A DNA stretch of 64,000 nucleotides from the NCBI GenBank assembly GCA_951406725.2, contig OX597816.1, positions 42,036,001 through 42,100,000 on the forward strand, given 5' to 3'. Shown piece after piece: positions 25,075-39,109 of the stretch. Positions within the stretch are counted from its first letter, which is position 1. Each line of letters opens with the position of its first letter. Origin of the DNA: Octopus vulgaris. Taxonomy: Eukaryota. Under the pieces are notes generated by a model. It did not search any database. It was not told where the DNA came from and saw only the letters and a program-made list of their open reading frames with translations. A program made the translations under genes and the position numbers.

Positions 25075-25298
25075 AGAAAAACCACTAAAACAAACAAGGA
25101 AAGACTTAATCAATACCTAAAATTTTAATAAAAATTTTATTAAAATTTTATGTATTGATTAAGACTTTCCTTGTTTGTTTTGCAAAATAGTGGTTTTGTC
25201 TCTAATTAATATTATATAATATTTTACTATAACATTGGATTTAATCCTAAATCTGATTTTTTTTCCCTGTAAATTTGGATTTATTCCCTAATATTTAT

Positions 25299-25303
<5 letters not shown>
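25066..25303. repeat. Short fold-back element between (TA)n tracts (same family as 19839-20097)
   Basis: aaacaaacaaggaaagacttaatcaatac and its reverse complement flank ~25135. Confidence 0.87.
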
Positions 25304-25349
<46 letters not shown>

Positions 25350-25374
25350 TATATGTTACATTACTCGATAGTCA

Positions 25375-25434
25375 AGATAAAACTCTGAGTTTCAGATGCC
25401 GAAGTGGGAATCCACGACATCTATTCTGTTATCT
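25375..25434 (-). ncRNA. Decayed hammerhead-like motif
   Basis: Stem I agataa/ttatct, mutated core CAGAATA, stem II gatgtcg/cggcatc, GAAA-ctcagag-TT. Confidence 0.45.
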
Positions 25435-25719
25435 GGCTATTTGAAAACGCTATGAAAAAATACCGTTATACAAAGGGAAATTACTGTGTTATAACTCTGC
25501 TTGCCTGCGTACTTATACATCGCTCGCATTTTTCGCCATAAAAATTATATAAAAATACATAATTAATATATAAAAAATATATAAACATATATAAAATCTT
25601 CTTGGGACATAACATAGAAAGCATGTTCTATCTGTTTTCTTTAGGGGACCAAAAACGTAACAGAAATTTAGTCACATGTGGGCATACATACATACATACA
25701 TACATACATACATACATAC

Positions 25720-25750
<31 letters not shown>

Positions 25751-25961
25751 CATACATACATACATACATACGTACGTACGTACGTACGTACATATATATT
25801 ATGAACTAACTGTTACTTTCTCAGATGCAGCACGGAATTTTGTCAGTGAACTGGTCGCGGTTTCAAAGCGCCGAAAATATTTTGACAAATTAGATTTAAA
25901 TGATGAAGTGAATCTAACGGGTTTTGTGTGTTTCTTAAATGGTTTATCAACTCCTTCCACG

Positions 25962-26015
<54 letters not shown>

Positions 26016-26159
26016 GAGTAGTTGAATGAAATATCTTATTATGGATAATTCGGTTAACCGATACCTGGGTAGCAAATTCACGTCAGAAAAACACGGTTAA
26101 AGCTACATGCCTAGGGCAGAGATCACGTGCTATCGTGTGGAAATTTGTGTGTTTTTTGT

Positions 26160-26445
26160 AATACAAATAAATGAAAGAATGGAGTTGAACGACGAATTAA
26201 TAAAATTCCTTTATTTTATTTTCGACATATGTTTCGAAGGCTGCATATTCCTAATTTCGAAGGAATAAGGGGTGCATTATGCCGCCTTCTCATCAGGAAA
26301 ATTAAGGAACTCATGTCAGCATCAAGATGCATAAAAATTTTCCTTCGAAATTAGGAATATGCAGCCTTCGAAACATATGTCGAAAATAAAATAAAGGAAT
26401 TTTGTTAATTCGTCGTTCAACTCCATTCTTTCATTTATTTGTATA
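26160..26445. repeat. Inverted repeat (~105-bp arms) of a PLE-type terminus between (TA)n tracts
   Basis: Arms 26161-26265 and 26340-26445 are nearly identical. Confidence 0.9.
26218..26302 (-). ncRNA. Type I hammerhead ribozyme motif, intact canonical core
   Basis: Minus strand: attttc-CTGATGA-gaaggcggcat..atgcagccttc-GAAA-catatg-TC-gaaaat, with a 6-bp stem I, palindromic stem III and a GUC site. Confidence 0.88.
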
Positions 26446-26511
26446 TATATATATATATATATATGTATATGTATATATATATATATGTGTGTAGGGAGAG
26501 TTTATACGTCT

Positions 26512-26649
26512 AGCTTCTTTCAGTTTCCCTACCAAATCCACTCACAAGGCTTTGGTCGGCCCGAGTACAACACCTGCCCAAGGTGCCAAGCAGTGGGGAT
26601 GAATCCCGAACCTTATGGTTGGTAAGCAAGCTAATTACCACGCAGCCAC
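26512..26649 (-). mobile_element. SINE family A, head fragment
   Basis: cttctttcagtttcc..ccaaatccactcacaaggctttggtcggcc..accacgcagcca. Confidence 0.8.
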
Positions 26650-27610
26650 ACACACGCACACATATATATATATACATATGTGTGTGTGTATGTATGTATG
26701 TATGTATGTATGTATGTATATATACGTATATGTGTGTGTATATCAATGTATATGCGTGTGCATATGTATGTATGCATATGCGCACATATATGTTAGTGTG
26801 TGCACGCCCACGTATGTCATTATACCTTCTTTTCTCCTCTCTCATTCCTAAATATTACAATAACCTATTCAATCACATACCTCTGTTTATAGCAATTTCA
26901 CATCCTTGTATTCTTCCCTCCACTTTAAAATTTAGTACTAAAACCCGACCCATACCTTTTATCTATCCATCCCTTAATGCAACTCTATCACATCACCCCT
27001 ACTCACATATCTCACACCTATTCACTCCTTACATTCTCATCTCTTCCTATCCCTCCCGCACACCTCTCCCATCCCCCCTCACATTATCTGAACCACCAAC
27101 AACCACTCCTTTTCTCACTTTCAGTCACTTTTTCTCTCTCTTGTTTTCTCTCTATTTTTCTTCTTTTTTCTCTTTTTCTCCTCTTTGTTCTCACTTTCTT
27201 TACTCATTTTCTTTTCCTGTTTTTAAGTTTAGCCATCTCCTCATTGTAATCATACATATACATCCCACCCCTCATCTATCCACAAATAGTACCAATACAT
27301 TACATTCTCAAATGTTCATTCACACCTCAACACACTTTCGAACGAACAGCACAGAATCCACAGCTCCATGCTTTGAAGAGACTAAACATGAACTACTATT
27401 GGAACTTACATCCCATTTACACAAAACTTTTTTACCACTTCTATACACCTACTTTCGTTGAATAATGGAACCGCATCTATATCTTTATAAATTTTATATT
27501 TTATTTCTACTTACATTCTCATATTTCCTTCTAGATTCCCTACCCCCACCTTTTCCATAATAAATCCTTATTTCGAACTTAAATATTTACCTCTATTTAA
27601 CCATCTCACA

Positions 27611-27662
27611 TCGTCTCTGTTGAAGGCATATCCATAATATCCCAGAAATAGCTGCAAGACGA
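27611..27662 (+). ncRNA. Decayed hammerhead-like motif in a pyrimidine-rich PLE-type 3' end
   Basis: tcgtct-CTGTTGA-..-GAAA-tagctg-CA-agacga, related to 18957-19004, with (TA)n downstream. Confidence 0.55.
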
Positions 27663-27764
27663 TATAACGTCTTCCTTATAAATGTCCTGAAACCTCCTCA
27701 CAGCCTTAGCTACTTTATTTAATATTGCATAATATATATATACATACATACATACATACATTTA

Positions 27765-27819
<55 letters not shown>

Positions 27820-28710
27820 GATGATTCTCGAGAGAACGCTAGACATGTAAGAGAATGTAAGTGAATGTCTATGAGTTAGCTTCCTTTGATTCACTATGAT
27901 GCAATATTGCTAAAATGTAATTATAAGTGAAGCTATTTGATATATTGGAGATTAACTTCAAGCTACGGAAGCAAGCCGAAAGGCAAATATCCATTTTCAT
28001 TTAACATATCTGAAGATTTAAATCCGCGTGCCTCCTAATATCTCTCTTCCGTTGGATTTATTTTTTACTCGAATATTGAAGCTATACCACAACGGATTGA
28101 ACATATCTCTTATGAATGTTTCAATTCCAATCTCAAGTAAACTTTATATTTATTCCAATATCACATATATGCCTCCATTTATGCAAAAATTTGGTTTGAA
28201 TCTCTTTCCAGAAAATCTTATTTATCAAATATGTTATAGACTCTTATTATCTTAGTGTTTTGAGGAAATATATATATCATTACTGCAGGTAATATCCCCC
28301 ATTTCTAGATATGTTGTTTACGCTATATCCGCAGTCGTAGAAACATTTTTTGCATTTAGTTATTACATATTAAATCGAAATTTTTGATACAAGTGAAACA
28401 GAACTTTATCGATTTGAATTTGTCTCTCTATCTCTACTTCGAGCTACATAGAAAATGTCATACGTAGAAATAGATAATTAGATATAGAATATACTTTCCT
28501 AAAATCATATATGTATACAACTTTTAGTCTCTCATAGGGTATTTGTACCCACGAGACTATATTTTTGTGACATTAAAGATCCTATTGCAGGTCCAGCCAA
28601 TCACGGTTAATGATACGAAGTATATAATATTGATCTCACATACAGAAACTCAAAACCAAACATAAAACTGATGATCTAACTGGCATGTAATTTGTATTTT
28701 GGTATTTCCA

Positions 28711-28875
28711 TTACGCGGGCAGGCTGAAAACTTCCCGGTGTTGCGTAAAAGAAAATACAGGAGGATCACTTAATTATGATTTCATTCAACATACTCCTGC
28801 TCTCACACATTCACACACTTAATGTATTGGTGATTTTCAGTTTTTCTAAGCTCTGTAAAAGAACTGGGAAGGTGA
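28711..28875. mobile_element. Mariner-like terminal fragment
   Basis: tacgcgggcaggctgaaaacttcc resembles the TIRs at 37328 and 39438. Confidence 0.5.
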
Positions 28876-30474
28876 CAATAACTTTTCGGCAGCCCACTGT
28901 ATATACATATAGTATAACGACTATAAAGCTAAAACGTTTGACTATATACAAAACGAAGAAATGATTTGATGAAGGCTAGATATTCAGTTTTTTAAATATT
29001 TTCTATTGCCTCTAGACATAAGACATAATGTCATTTTGAAATCAAACCGTTTGCCTATTTTGAAATCAAACCGTTTGCCTGCCTTGTATCATTGCCTGGT
29101 GTCTTTGATGGGTGACATTTACCATATATATGGATCGAATCATGCATGGTGAATGAAATTGTTGCAGCAAAGAAATTATGTAAAAGGTTATTTCACAGAG
29201 TGTTCCTACCTATCCTAGCTTGTCACATCCTAGGTAACGCACATTTTATTTGAGACCCACGACTGGGACACACGTGAGTGTCAAATGCTCTAAAATGTTT
29301 TCCTGATTCATTGACTGAATAAATGATGATATAATTTCAGAACAAATGAAAGACGCTGTTAAGGACTCCAAAGAACGGTTATGCTATATCTTCTCTTTTA
29401 ACACCACTGCGACTATAAGCTCTTCCGTAAACATATTCGTAGTGTAGATACCATATATGTCTCTTTCAACACCACTATAAAACTGTCTGCTGTTCAAATT
29501 AACAAGATTTTCGTCAAATATATGCAAGCTTCTCCAAGATTACTCTCATTTTTCATAATGTAATTAATATTATTTGGATATACGCGTGATAATTAGTTCT
29601 AGATATACTTCATGTAACCTTAGAAACAGTTATTTTTTCTCGTATTTCTATATATATTGTTAATAGGAATATAAAAACAATATTTAAATGTGCGTATCGT
29701 GTTAGAGATCCAATATACATAAACTGTAATACATGATTGTAAAGTCTATAACTGCCTCATTATTTGTGCGTGTATGTAAGTGTGTGTGCGTATATATATA
29801 TATATGTATGTATCTGTGTATGTTTGCGAGTGTGTTTGTATCTGTGTGTGTATGTGTATGAGCATATATGTACGTGTGTACATGCATATTGTTAATTGCA
29901 ATATATGTGTTATATACATAAAAGAGCGTCGTAAAATTTATATTTTTGAAATATTAAACGATTTACAAATTTAATTATTGTATTAATATACTTATCTGTG
30001 TTTTAATATATACATTTATGCTAGTCTTTTATAACATCTATTTATGACCCAAAATATATGTTACTAATTTACATTTAGACATGTACATATACATTAATAT
30101 ACTATTTATTTCAAATATGGACACATTCGGCGAAAAACATGAAACATTTGTCTGGAAGCATACGAGTTATATAGAATCAAACATAAAATGAAAGAACACT
30201 TTGCAATTAATCTTACATTCGTTCATTATCAAACAGAAAACATATTACATATTTACATATACAGAAATAACCAAATCTAAGCGTATTTATTGCAGTATAC
30301 ATCCTCATCATGTAACAGATTCCCATTTCAAAAATTAGCTTTATTGACCTCTATCAAACAATTAAATATCATAAATAATAGCGATGGTTGCCTTACAATA
30401 GTTTATTTTGTGTGAATTAAACAGCTTTGTTAGAAGAAAATTCCCGCCTACCCTATATTGTACATAACATCTCA

Positions 30475-31020
30475 GCGTCGAGCTGGCAGAGACGTTGGCA
30501 CGCCGGGAGAAATACTTAGCAGTATATCGCCGTCTTTATGTTTTGAGTTCAAATTCCGCCGAGGTTGAGTTTGCCTTTCATCCTTTCGGGGTCAAAAATT
30601 AAGTACCAGTTACGCACTGAGGTCGGTTCTAATCGAGTGGCCCCTTCCCACAAAATTTCGGGCGTTGTGGCTAGAGTTGGGAGCCCCTTCAGTTACGACT
30701 TATCGTGGGATTACACCTAAAAAGTTACTCTCCCAGGCACAAGACCGAGCAACGTTGTTTATGGAAGACCAGCAGTCGTCCATGCATACCGGCCTCCCCT
30801 CTCCACGCCACCAATGTTATCCAAGGGAAAAGCAACAGGAGATACAGCTTCGCACCTGTGACGCCGCAACTCGTCTCTACAGCTGAGTGAACTGGAGCAA
30901 CGTGAAATAAAGTGTCTTGCTCAAGAACATAATATGCAACCCGGTCCGGGAATCGGACTCACAATCGTAAGCTCGACGCTCTAACCACTGAGCCTTCACA
31001 TGTGGCTAGAGTACAAAAAG
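30475..31020 (+). mobile_element. SINE family B interrupted by a nested SINE
   Basis: Family-B head and body at 30475-30677, then the insertion. Confidence 0.8.
30678..31000 (-). mobile_element. tRNA-derived SINE (head H2, tail T3) with 12-bp TSD
   Basis: TSD tgtggctagagt at 30666-30677 and 31001-31012. Homologous to 61801-62122. Confidence 0.9.
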
Positions 31021-31332
31021 TACATTGTACATACCATCCTGTAGATCCTACAAGATTTATATGTAATTACTCCAAGATCAGAAGAATTCAGCCAAGATCG
31101 TGAAGTGCTGTCTGGGATTGAATGTGATATATTACAAAGGCTACCGTGTTGCAAACGATTAAATACTAGCAATATTCCTTCAACGTTTATATTATAACAG
31201 TTGTATTTAATATGATATCAGATAAAGATTAATAACGTTTTATTTCAATTTTCTTTGATTAAATTGCAGTGGTGTAACAAAATATTTTGAATTTTCCTGA
31301 AATAACCGAAATTTGAATATTATATGTTAAGA

Positions 31333-31540
31333 AGGCTGCTGGTTGGGAGAATCGCCGTGCAATATTCATAGCGGCTTTCCGCCCGTCTTTACATTCTGAG
31401 TTCAAATTCCGCCAAGGTCAACTTTGTCTTTCATCCTTTCAAGACCGATAATATAGGTCCTAGATGAATGCAGGGGCTGACGTTATCGATTGAACCCCTG
31501 TCCTGAAATTGGTGACCTTCTGCCAAATTTTGAAACCAAA
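31333..31540 (+). mobile_element. SINE family B, diverged
   Basis: ttctgagttcaaattccgccaaggtcaactttgtctttcatcctttc. Confidence 0.75.
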
Positions 31541-34500
31541 ATTACGTGTTTGGGATTATTTTCAGTAGTTAAAAGCACATTCCTATGGTGTAATTCAGCG
31601 ATACCAATTTATGCGTTTTCCATATTTGGTGTAATCTTTTATTCATTGGTAAATATGAGATTAATATGCAAGTCAATCATTTCAGTCTTACACTACATCA
31701 GTGAAAATTCTTGTTGAGTCTTGATATAAATGTGTTTGTTTATGTGTGCATAAGATACCTTCCTATATGTCCATCTGCACTAATACAGTCATAGATACAC
31801 GCCTATATGTATTTTCACTTATATTCTGAAAATGAAATCGAAGTAGTTCAGTATTTACCTATATATGGATCGGACGTTATTCCCATGGTGCCAGCTCCTT
31901 TGTATAACCCATAACGTATTACTACACTTGATACTCTGTGCTTCATTAGAAATTGAAAAAAATATTACTGACCTTATATATGGAAATCATTACTACACAT
32001 TCCTTGAGAAATTATGTTTTATACAATTACAATTTAGGATCATTAAATCTATGATATACATATGTCCTGGTACCCATTTTGTAATTGTTTATGTGTTCGC
32101 TTCACTTAGTCTTCTTCGTTATCTATTTATTATTTCGTTCCACCCATCCGTACTTTGTTTATCTATTTATCAATCTCTAGCAACATAGATGCACACATAT
32201 CAATATGTATATGATATTGTGTACAAATTTATATTTATGATTTGTGTGTCTGCGTAAGTTACATACCATATATCATCACAAAGATAGAATATATAATATA
32301 CATGACATGTGTTCCAATCATAAACTTGAAAATACGCATGCTTGATGTATATAAAAGAGGTAGGAAATTTGTTTTAGTAAAAGCTTGAAAATCTGTGTAG
32401 AATAGTAATTTTGTGTAGGCAAATTATATTTCTTAGACATACTTTAATGTGATATTCAAATATCTTGATAAATATAGACATTTGGTCTTTTCTATGCGCA
32501 TATAATTCTCACATGTGTCTGAATGACTAAACGGACACGTTGAAGATGCTAATTCAAGTTTCAAAAATACATATACTCATAATAAAGAAAATATTTTTCA
32601 TGTTCAATCGGATATTCAAAAAATTGCAAGAGATATAAGTTTTAAGTTCTTTATAAATTTTACACATGTTCTGCATTTGGGGATCAGTTTACTTTTACCA
32701 GATCTGACCAGTATGGTATACAACTCTTTCGCTGAGAGCTTGCAGGTACAAGTTGATATTGTATGATCGTCAGAAGGTAAGCTTCTTGTACCAGTACCCA
32801 ACAATCAAGTCTCTTCCGTTAGCTTTCCTTCCAGATGTTTCTAAATTACTGTCACATTACAGTTAGTGCTGTATGTCTTATGTGTATTACACGGACAATA
32901 ACCACTTCCAATTTCCGGAGAGTCAGTCAGTTATACTCTATCTCTTCACTCCAAATTTTCCTGCAGAAGGAACTTCTGCGACAGTTACTGCTTCTCCTCT
33001 CATGTCTCTGTATACTGTTGCCTGGTTGCAGTTACATCTTTCATTTATTGGTTTTAATTCGGTTATTGTCCTCTGATGTCAGAGTTTTTCACTAATAGCT
33101 TGAGAGTGATCCTTTTCCAAGTGAGTGTTCCTGATACTTCTGTCACCTTCTTCCTTTTTTGTTCGTGAAACGTATAGTGATTTGTTTGTTTGCAAGCAAT
33201 AAGCATAGTTACCTGGCTGATGTTCCTCTGTAAATTAGTTATCGTTTTGTCTTCAAAACCCATGGTCGTATGTTCTACTTTGTTTCCGTATCGTTTACAT
33301 CCTGTGTGTCGTTCATATACTGCTTTGAAGTAGTAGACGATATATAGACAGGCGTTAATCTACCACAACATGGGTCCATTACACTGTTGTAAATACGCTT
33401 CTCAAATTTCAACAACGACTTTTAATACCGTGCCTGTTGGTCTTTTACTTACGTTGGTAGTGAATACTTTTTTCGAGTGAAACTTCATGGTCAAGGTTAT
33501 CTTTTCTTAAAAAAAATTATTAAGGGCATATTTCTCGATTTATAACGCTGACTACGACTACAAAGATTTTTGTGCCTGCTATTTACCACAATCGAATTAG
33601 AGGCACAATGATCCGTTTTTAACCTGTAAATGTAGTTTTGTTGGAAGGCAGTGTTGTATATGCTGGAATGTCGCTACTTGTGAAACCACGCGATGTTCTA
33701 GCATCGTTCACATTTCGTTTATAATATTTTGGAGACGGTTAATTTCAGATCAATTTTGAACATACTTTTTTCCTCTGTTCTATGTTGGAGTAAGTGATTC
33801 GCAGCAATATTATTTAATTTTGGGTGCGGATCTTCCTAGTATGCTTTCAATCTATTCATATAATCAACACTAGGGTTTTGTTTCGCTTTTTTATAACAGT
33901 TGAATATAAATATGTCATTATTCAGGGCATAACTCCGAGAGAAATGTACTTTATTTTTACTCTTTCTTCCATAACAACAGCTAGAATGCATCTATTTACT
34001 TGTTGCGACACTGTTACTCAGTTGTGTTTTTGTTCACGACGTCGAGTTCAGCCGTGTTTTTTCTAGTAAATCTCTGCATGGTGAAGTTAAGTTTCAGTCG
34101 AAAACCACTACAATCATCATAAAAGGCTCAATCAGTTAATTCATATGACAGTTATTTAAAAGGGCTGAAAATTCAGGCGTCAAAGCTGGAGATAGCATTC
34201 ATCGTATTTTGTTAAATAATCACCCACGCCAAAAATGCAACTCATTGTTTCGAGTAAATGCAATGTAGTGTATGTATGTATGTATTGTATGTGCTTATGT
34301 ATGTGCGTATGTATGTATGCCTGTATGTATTTATGCATGTGTATGTATGTTTGTATGTATGTGTGCATGTATTTATTGATATACATATTCAATATAGTTT
34401 TTGTATGCTGTTTCTTTGTGAGTCTTACCTTAACGGAGAGTGTTTCTTTTTTATTGGCCTAGCCTCTTTCAAAGTATCATTATTAAGAACTGTTTAGAAA

Positions 34501-35670
34501 TATTATCAGCATTTATTCTAAAGTGATCCATGAAATTTGTAGTTTAGCTATTGCTCTAATCGATAAATTCAACTGAGATTACTAATGTACAAAATAATTC
34601 TATTTATTTCTGTGTAGTCAATAGAATTAATAATTTATGCGTAGCAAATTTATAAATTGACAATATCTTCAATTTTAACATCATTTGGCAATCTTCTTCT
34701 GCTCAAAATGTATGAAGGTATTGATATAAACTTGTTCATCAAAAGCTAATTTATATTCAATGCTCTAGTTAATTAGATGATCTAAAGCACGTCATCAAAT
34801 GTTTGTTGTAATAATAAACAAATAAACACGAATGTTGTTTCTATTCATGCTATTTGGAGTGTTATATCTCTATAAAACAAAGTGTGCTCCTAAAAGGTTT
34901 CTGAGCCTTTATTTCTATCTTACTGTTTCGGCTCATGTTCGTTTGATGTAGCTTTTATGAAAAGTGAAGTTCTTGAACAGAAATAAAAAAAAAAATGATT
35001 GAAAAATATTTATTTCATTATTTTTTTCTAAACTATTTTTCCTGATATTTTCCATCGTTGCATTTTCTATTAATTTCTTGATTTATTTTCATGTTTTGCT
35101 TTGAAATCCATGGTTTCCACACAGAAGCAGATGTAAGGCACTCTTTAATGTTGAACATTAACAAGTCTTTGATTTTTCTCTTAGATGCAAGTCTTCATTT
35201 TGGCGTTCACTTCAAAATGTTAATACAATTATTAAAAGTTGAACTAACTATATAAAATGTTAGGAATCTGTTTCTATTAGCAAAAATGAAATAAATTCTG
35301 TTTAATAGAATTTTATGGATTTCTCTATAGGATAGGGTCACTTTAAGTTTTATATCGCGTACTGATATCTCCCAATAAATAGAAACCACCATTATATATT
35401 ACGAAATTATATCAGCTGAAACAAATAGTTCAAAGGATACTACATTATTAACTATCTCCGTGTGGGTGAAATACAAAAAGGAAGAAAAAATAAACATAAT
35501 TATTTGACTATTACCACTTAGTAGCATAAATCCAAGAGAATTACTTAATATGGACGAAAACTGAACCAAAATGCATACAGAAACGACAGTGTATAAAAGT
35601 GTCATTTAAATAGTGAAGAGGTTTTGTCCTATAGTTAGAGAATCAACAGATATTATTTCTTTGAGATTTT

Positions 35671-35885
35671 CAGGCGCGAGTTAGCAGAATCGTTAGCACG
35701 CTATACAAAATGAGTTGCAGAGTTTAGTCAGGTTTTGAATTCTGAATTCAAATTCAACCGGAGTCGATTATGCCTTTCAATCTTTCGAGGGTGAGGCGAT
35801 AAAATAAATACCAATTGAACACTGTAATCGAATTACCCCCACCCACAAACCTGCTGACCTTGCGTCAAAATTAGAAGCAAATAAT
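35671..35885 (+). mobile_element. SINE family B, diverged
   Basis: ggcgcgagttagcagaatcgttagcacg..attcaaattcaaccggagtcgattatgcctttc. Confidence 0.72.
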
Positions 35886-36257
35886 CTCATGGAGATTTAT
35901 AGAAAACAACAGTCATCAGATACATTATTTTCCCAACTACTATTACTGGTGTGTTGTGATGTCAGTGGTCGGCTTGTTGAGCATATTAATGATATCGGAT
36001 CCAAATTATTTAATTTGACTCAACGTTGTTATCAGTCAATCTGCTACCTATGTCTATCAATCGGTATATACCGAAACAGAGAGAGTGGGAGAGAGAAAGA
36101 GATAGAGAGACGTTTAGTATGAAGTACAGAAACACATACACTGACACCCACACACACACTCTCTCTCTCTCTCACACACACACATACACACACACATATA
36201 TATATATATACGTATTATGTAAATTTATATGAAATCATGCTTCAGGTTCACTATTTA

Positions 36258-36460
36258 GGGCAAGGCTTCTCAACCGGTGGTTCCCGATCCCCTGGAGGTG
36301 AGGTCGCGAACTCTAAGCTGGGGGATCGCGTAGCCTTCTTAGAAATAGCTTGGGATAATTTTAATTTAAACTCATCGACAACAGTTTTTATGCACTGCTG
36401 ATAGTAGGCGGTCGCGTGGTTTTCAAGCTTTTCGGTAAAGGGTCGCGTTTGCAAAAACTT
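36258..36460. mobile_element. Possible hAT (Charlie-like) terminal segment
   Basis: caaggcttctcaaccgg-type start and repeated ggtcgcg motifs. No partner TIR identified. Confidence 0.4.
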
Positions 36461-38333
36461 GTTTAGGGAAATCTTTGCTCTACTGTCTAAATCACCTGAC
36501 GTGAATGCATTATTAAGGACATTTAAAGAAAGAATAAAGGGTTGTTTCGTGCATTAAAATGGTCATTACGACGTGTGGAGAAGAAAAAGGTGATGGATCT
36601 ATAAATAGGAGAAAGTTGGGGATAACCCAGCCCTAGAGAGCGCCGGAGTTGATTGAAGAAAGGACAGAAATACCACTCTCAACATATGCGCTTCTGGTAC
36701 GGTATGCTGAAAATCATCTGATACAGTTAAGGGGCGTGCAAACGTTTGATTGATTTGCATACCATATAGAGCCCAACAAAATTCTTGTTGTCCAACTTTT
36801 CTGAAAGAAAACAATGCAGGTGAGTGATATATCACATGAAAACGCAGATCTTTGGTGAGTCTCTGTATAATTTATTCACATAAAAGTACACATTATATTT
36901 TTCAGTTCCATATCTGTTTTCAATTTGTACATTTATATCCATTCGTAGATGATTTCAACAAGAGACGAATTTTGAGTTGCATTGTAGAGACCAAATGTCA
37001 TATGGCATATTTGGAAGCCTCAGCAAAATGGAGGATCAATTCGTTTATATCAACACTATTACATGCAATATGTGGGTAAATAAGAGATAAACAATAGCTG
37101 TTGTTTATAACTTAACACATTTAATTTAGTTGCAGTATTAATGTTCTCAAATGGGACGCACTTTCATCAGCTGTTTACTATATTCGTCTCTATAAATATT
37201 ACCTACCAAATTTCTAGTTTGCACGTGACTTTAACTTCAATTTGCATAAAACATCATGCAATGTCTGGAATTTGTGTTTTATTCTTGTTCTATTTTCCTG
37301 GCTTAGGCAGATCTGGTACTGCATAAATACGAGTGTTAACTGGCAATTTCATAAGCTGCCTAACATAATCTCATGGAATGTGACCAAATTAGATTTAATT
37401 TTCAACATAGTCCCTCTTGCAATCCAGTCACTTCTATCGGTGTTGTAGTGTCATATCGAGTCCATTGATGAAGCTATCATCCTTTAGGTCAAAGAATCAA
37501 CAGCAGATGTGAGGTTATCATCACTGCAATACTGGCTCCCAGCTAAGTGCTGTTTCATGTTGGGAAACAAATGATAATCACATGGAGCCAAAACAGGAGA
37601 ATAGGGAGAGCAATCAACCACTTCAAAGCCATTGTCCCATACAGCTGCCATTGAAACCAAGGATCTGTGTGCTGGAGCGTCGCCCTGATGAAAGAAAGCA
37701 CCAGTTTCCTAGATGTTTTGTGTCGGTGTCCTTTTGTAACACGCCTCAGCAACTCGGTATAGTATTCTCCATTTATCATGTGGCCCTTTGGAATATAGTG
37801 AATGAATATTCAGCCTTTTTGCACCCTCCAAAAATGAGGCCATGATCTTCTCTGCAAATGAAAGCCTCTTTGACATTTTTGAAGCAGGTGAGGATGGGTA
37901 TTTCTACTGCATGGGTTGTCTTTTTGTCTTAGGTTCAAAGTGATGAATCCCACACGCTCCTTTCAAGGAAATCAGTAAAGTCTGCTTCAAACAACGTATG
38001 ATTTATTTTCCAGCGTATTTTCCTCATATGATAGAAGACTTGGCACCAACTGAGCAGAATCCGTAGTCATGCCAAGTTCAAAATAATCTCAACTCTCTCT
38101 CGTGATAGCATTGGCTATTTCTTTTATAGTGGATCGTCTGACATCTATTAGCTTGTGTTGAAAACTATCAATGTGTTACTCGGTGGTGGTAGTTGCAGGA
38201 CGTCCAGAATTTGAGTTGTATTCAAGACTCTCCCTTTTATTCCAGAATTCAGCTGTCCACATTTACACTGCTGATGAGCGTCAGCTTGTAAGGTATGAAC
38301 CATCTGAATATGAATATGTTTAGGGGTTAAACT

Positions 38334-38417
38334 GTAGTGTAGTAGTTAGGAGCGCGGGCTACTAATCCCAAGATTCCGAGTTCGATACCAGGCAGTGGCA
38401 TGAATAATAATAATAAC

Positions 38418-38458
<41 letters not shown>

Positions 38459-39048
38459 GCTATGCTAACATTATGGAATAACAACAGAAAAAAGATGGTA
38501 TAGGCACACGCCAGAAAAGGTCACAGAAAACGAGAAAGCAACCATACACTGGGATATGCCGATACACACAGATAGAGAAATTAAGGCCAACAGACCAGAT
38601 ATAGTTGTCAGAGATCATGAAGAAAAAAAATGCTTTCTAATTGATGTATCAATACCGGCAGATGACAACGTGTCTTTAAAAGAAATGGAGAAACTTTCAA
38701 AATACAAAGTCCTGGAAATAGAGGCAACCAGAATGTGGAATCTAAAAACAGAAACAATTCCTATCATAGTAGGTGCATTAGGCATGATAAAAAAATATTC
38801 AGACAAATACATAACAAAAACACCAGGACTTACAAACACATATAACATACAGAAAATTGCACTACTAGGCACTGCACACATCCTACGCAGAAGACTTTCA
38901 ATGCAATAACCATCAGAGCATCACAACAAATCACAGCATATAACCAAGGCACACAGAGCTGCGCTCGGTAGTGAAGTGAAAGCACACTATAAAAATAAAA
39001 CTACTGAATAATAATAATATCAATAATAATAATAATTATAATAATAAC

Positions 39049-39109
<61 letters not shown>

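Noticed and set aside
26583-27461. 292-aa ORF, the longest in the track
   Set aside because: It runs through an antisense SINE head, dinucleotide repeats and pyrimidine-rich low-complexity sequence, with no domain signal.
32600-34100. Possible decayed piggyBac-like transposase
   Set aside because: Only vague Cys-rich hints, with no catalytic motif or TIRs readable by eye.
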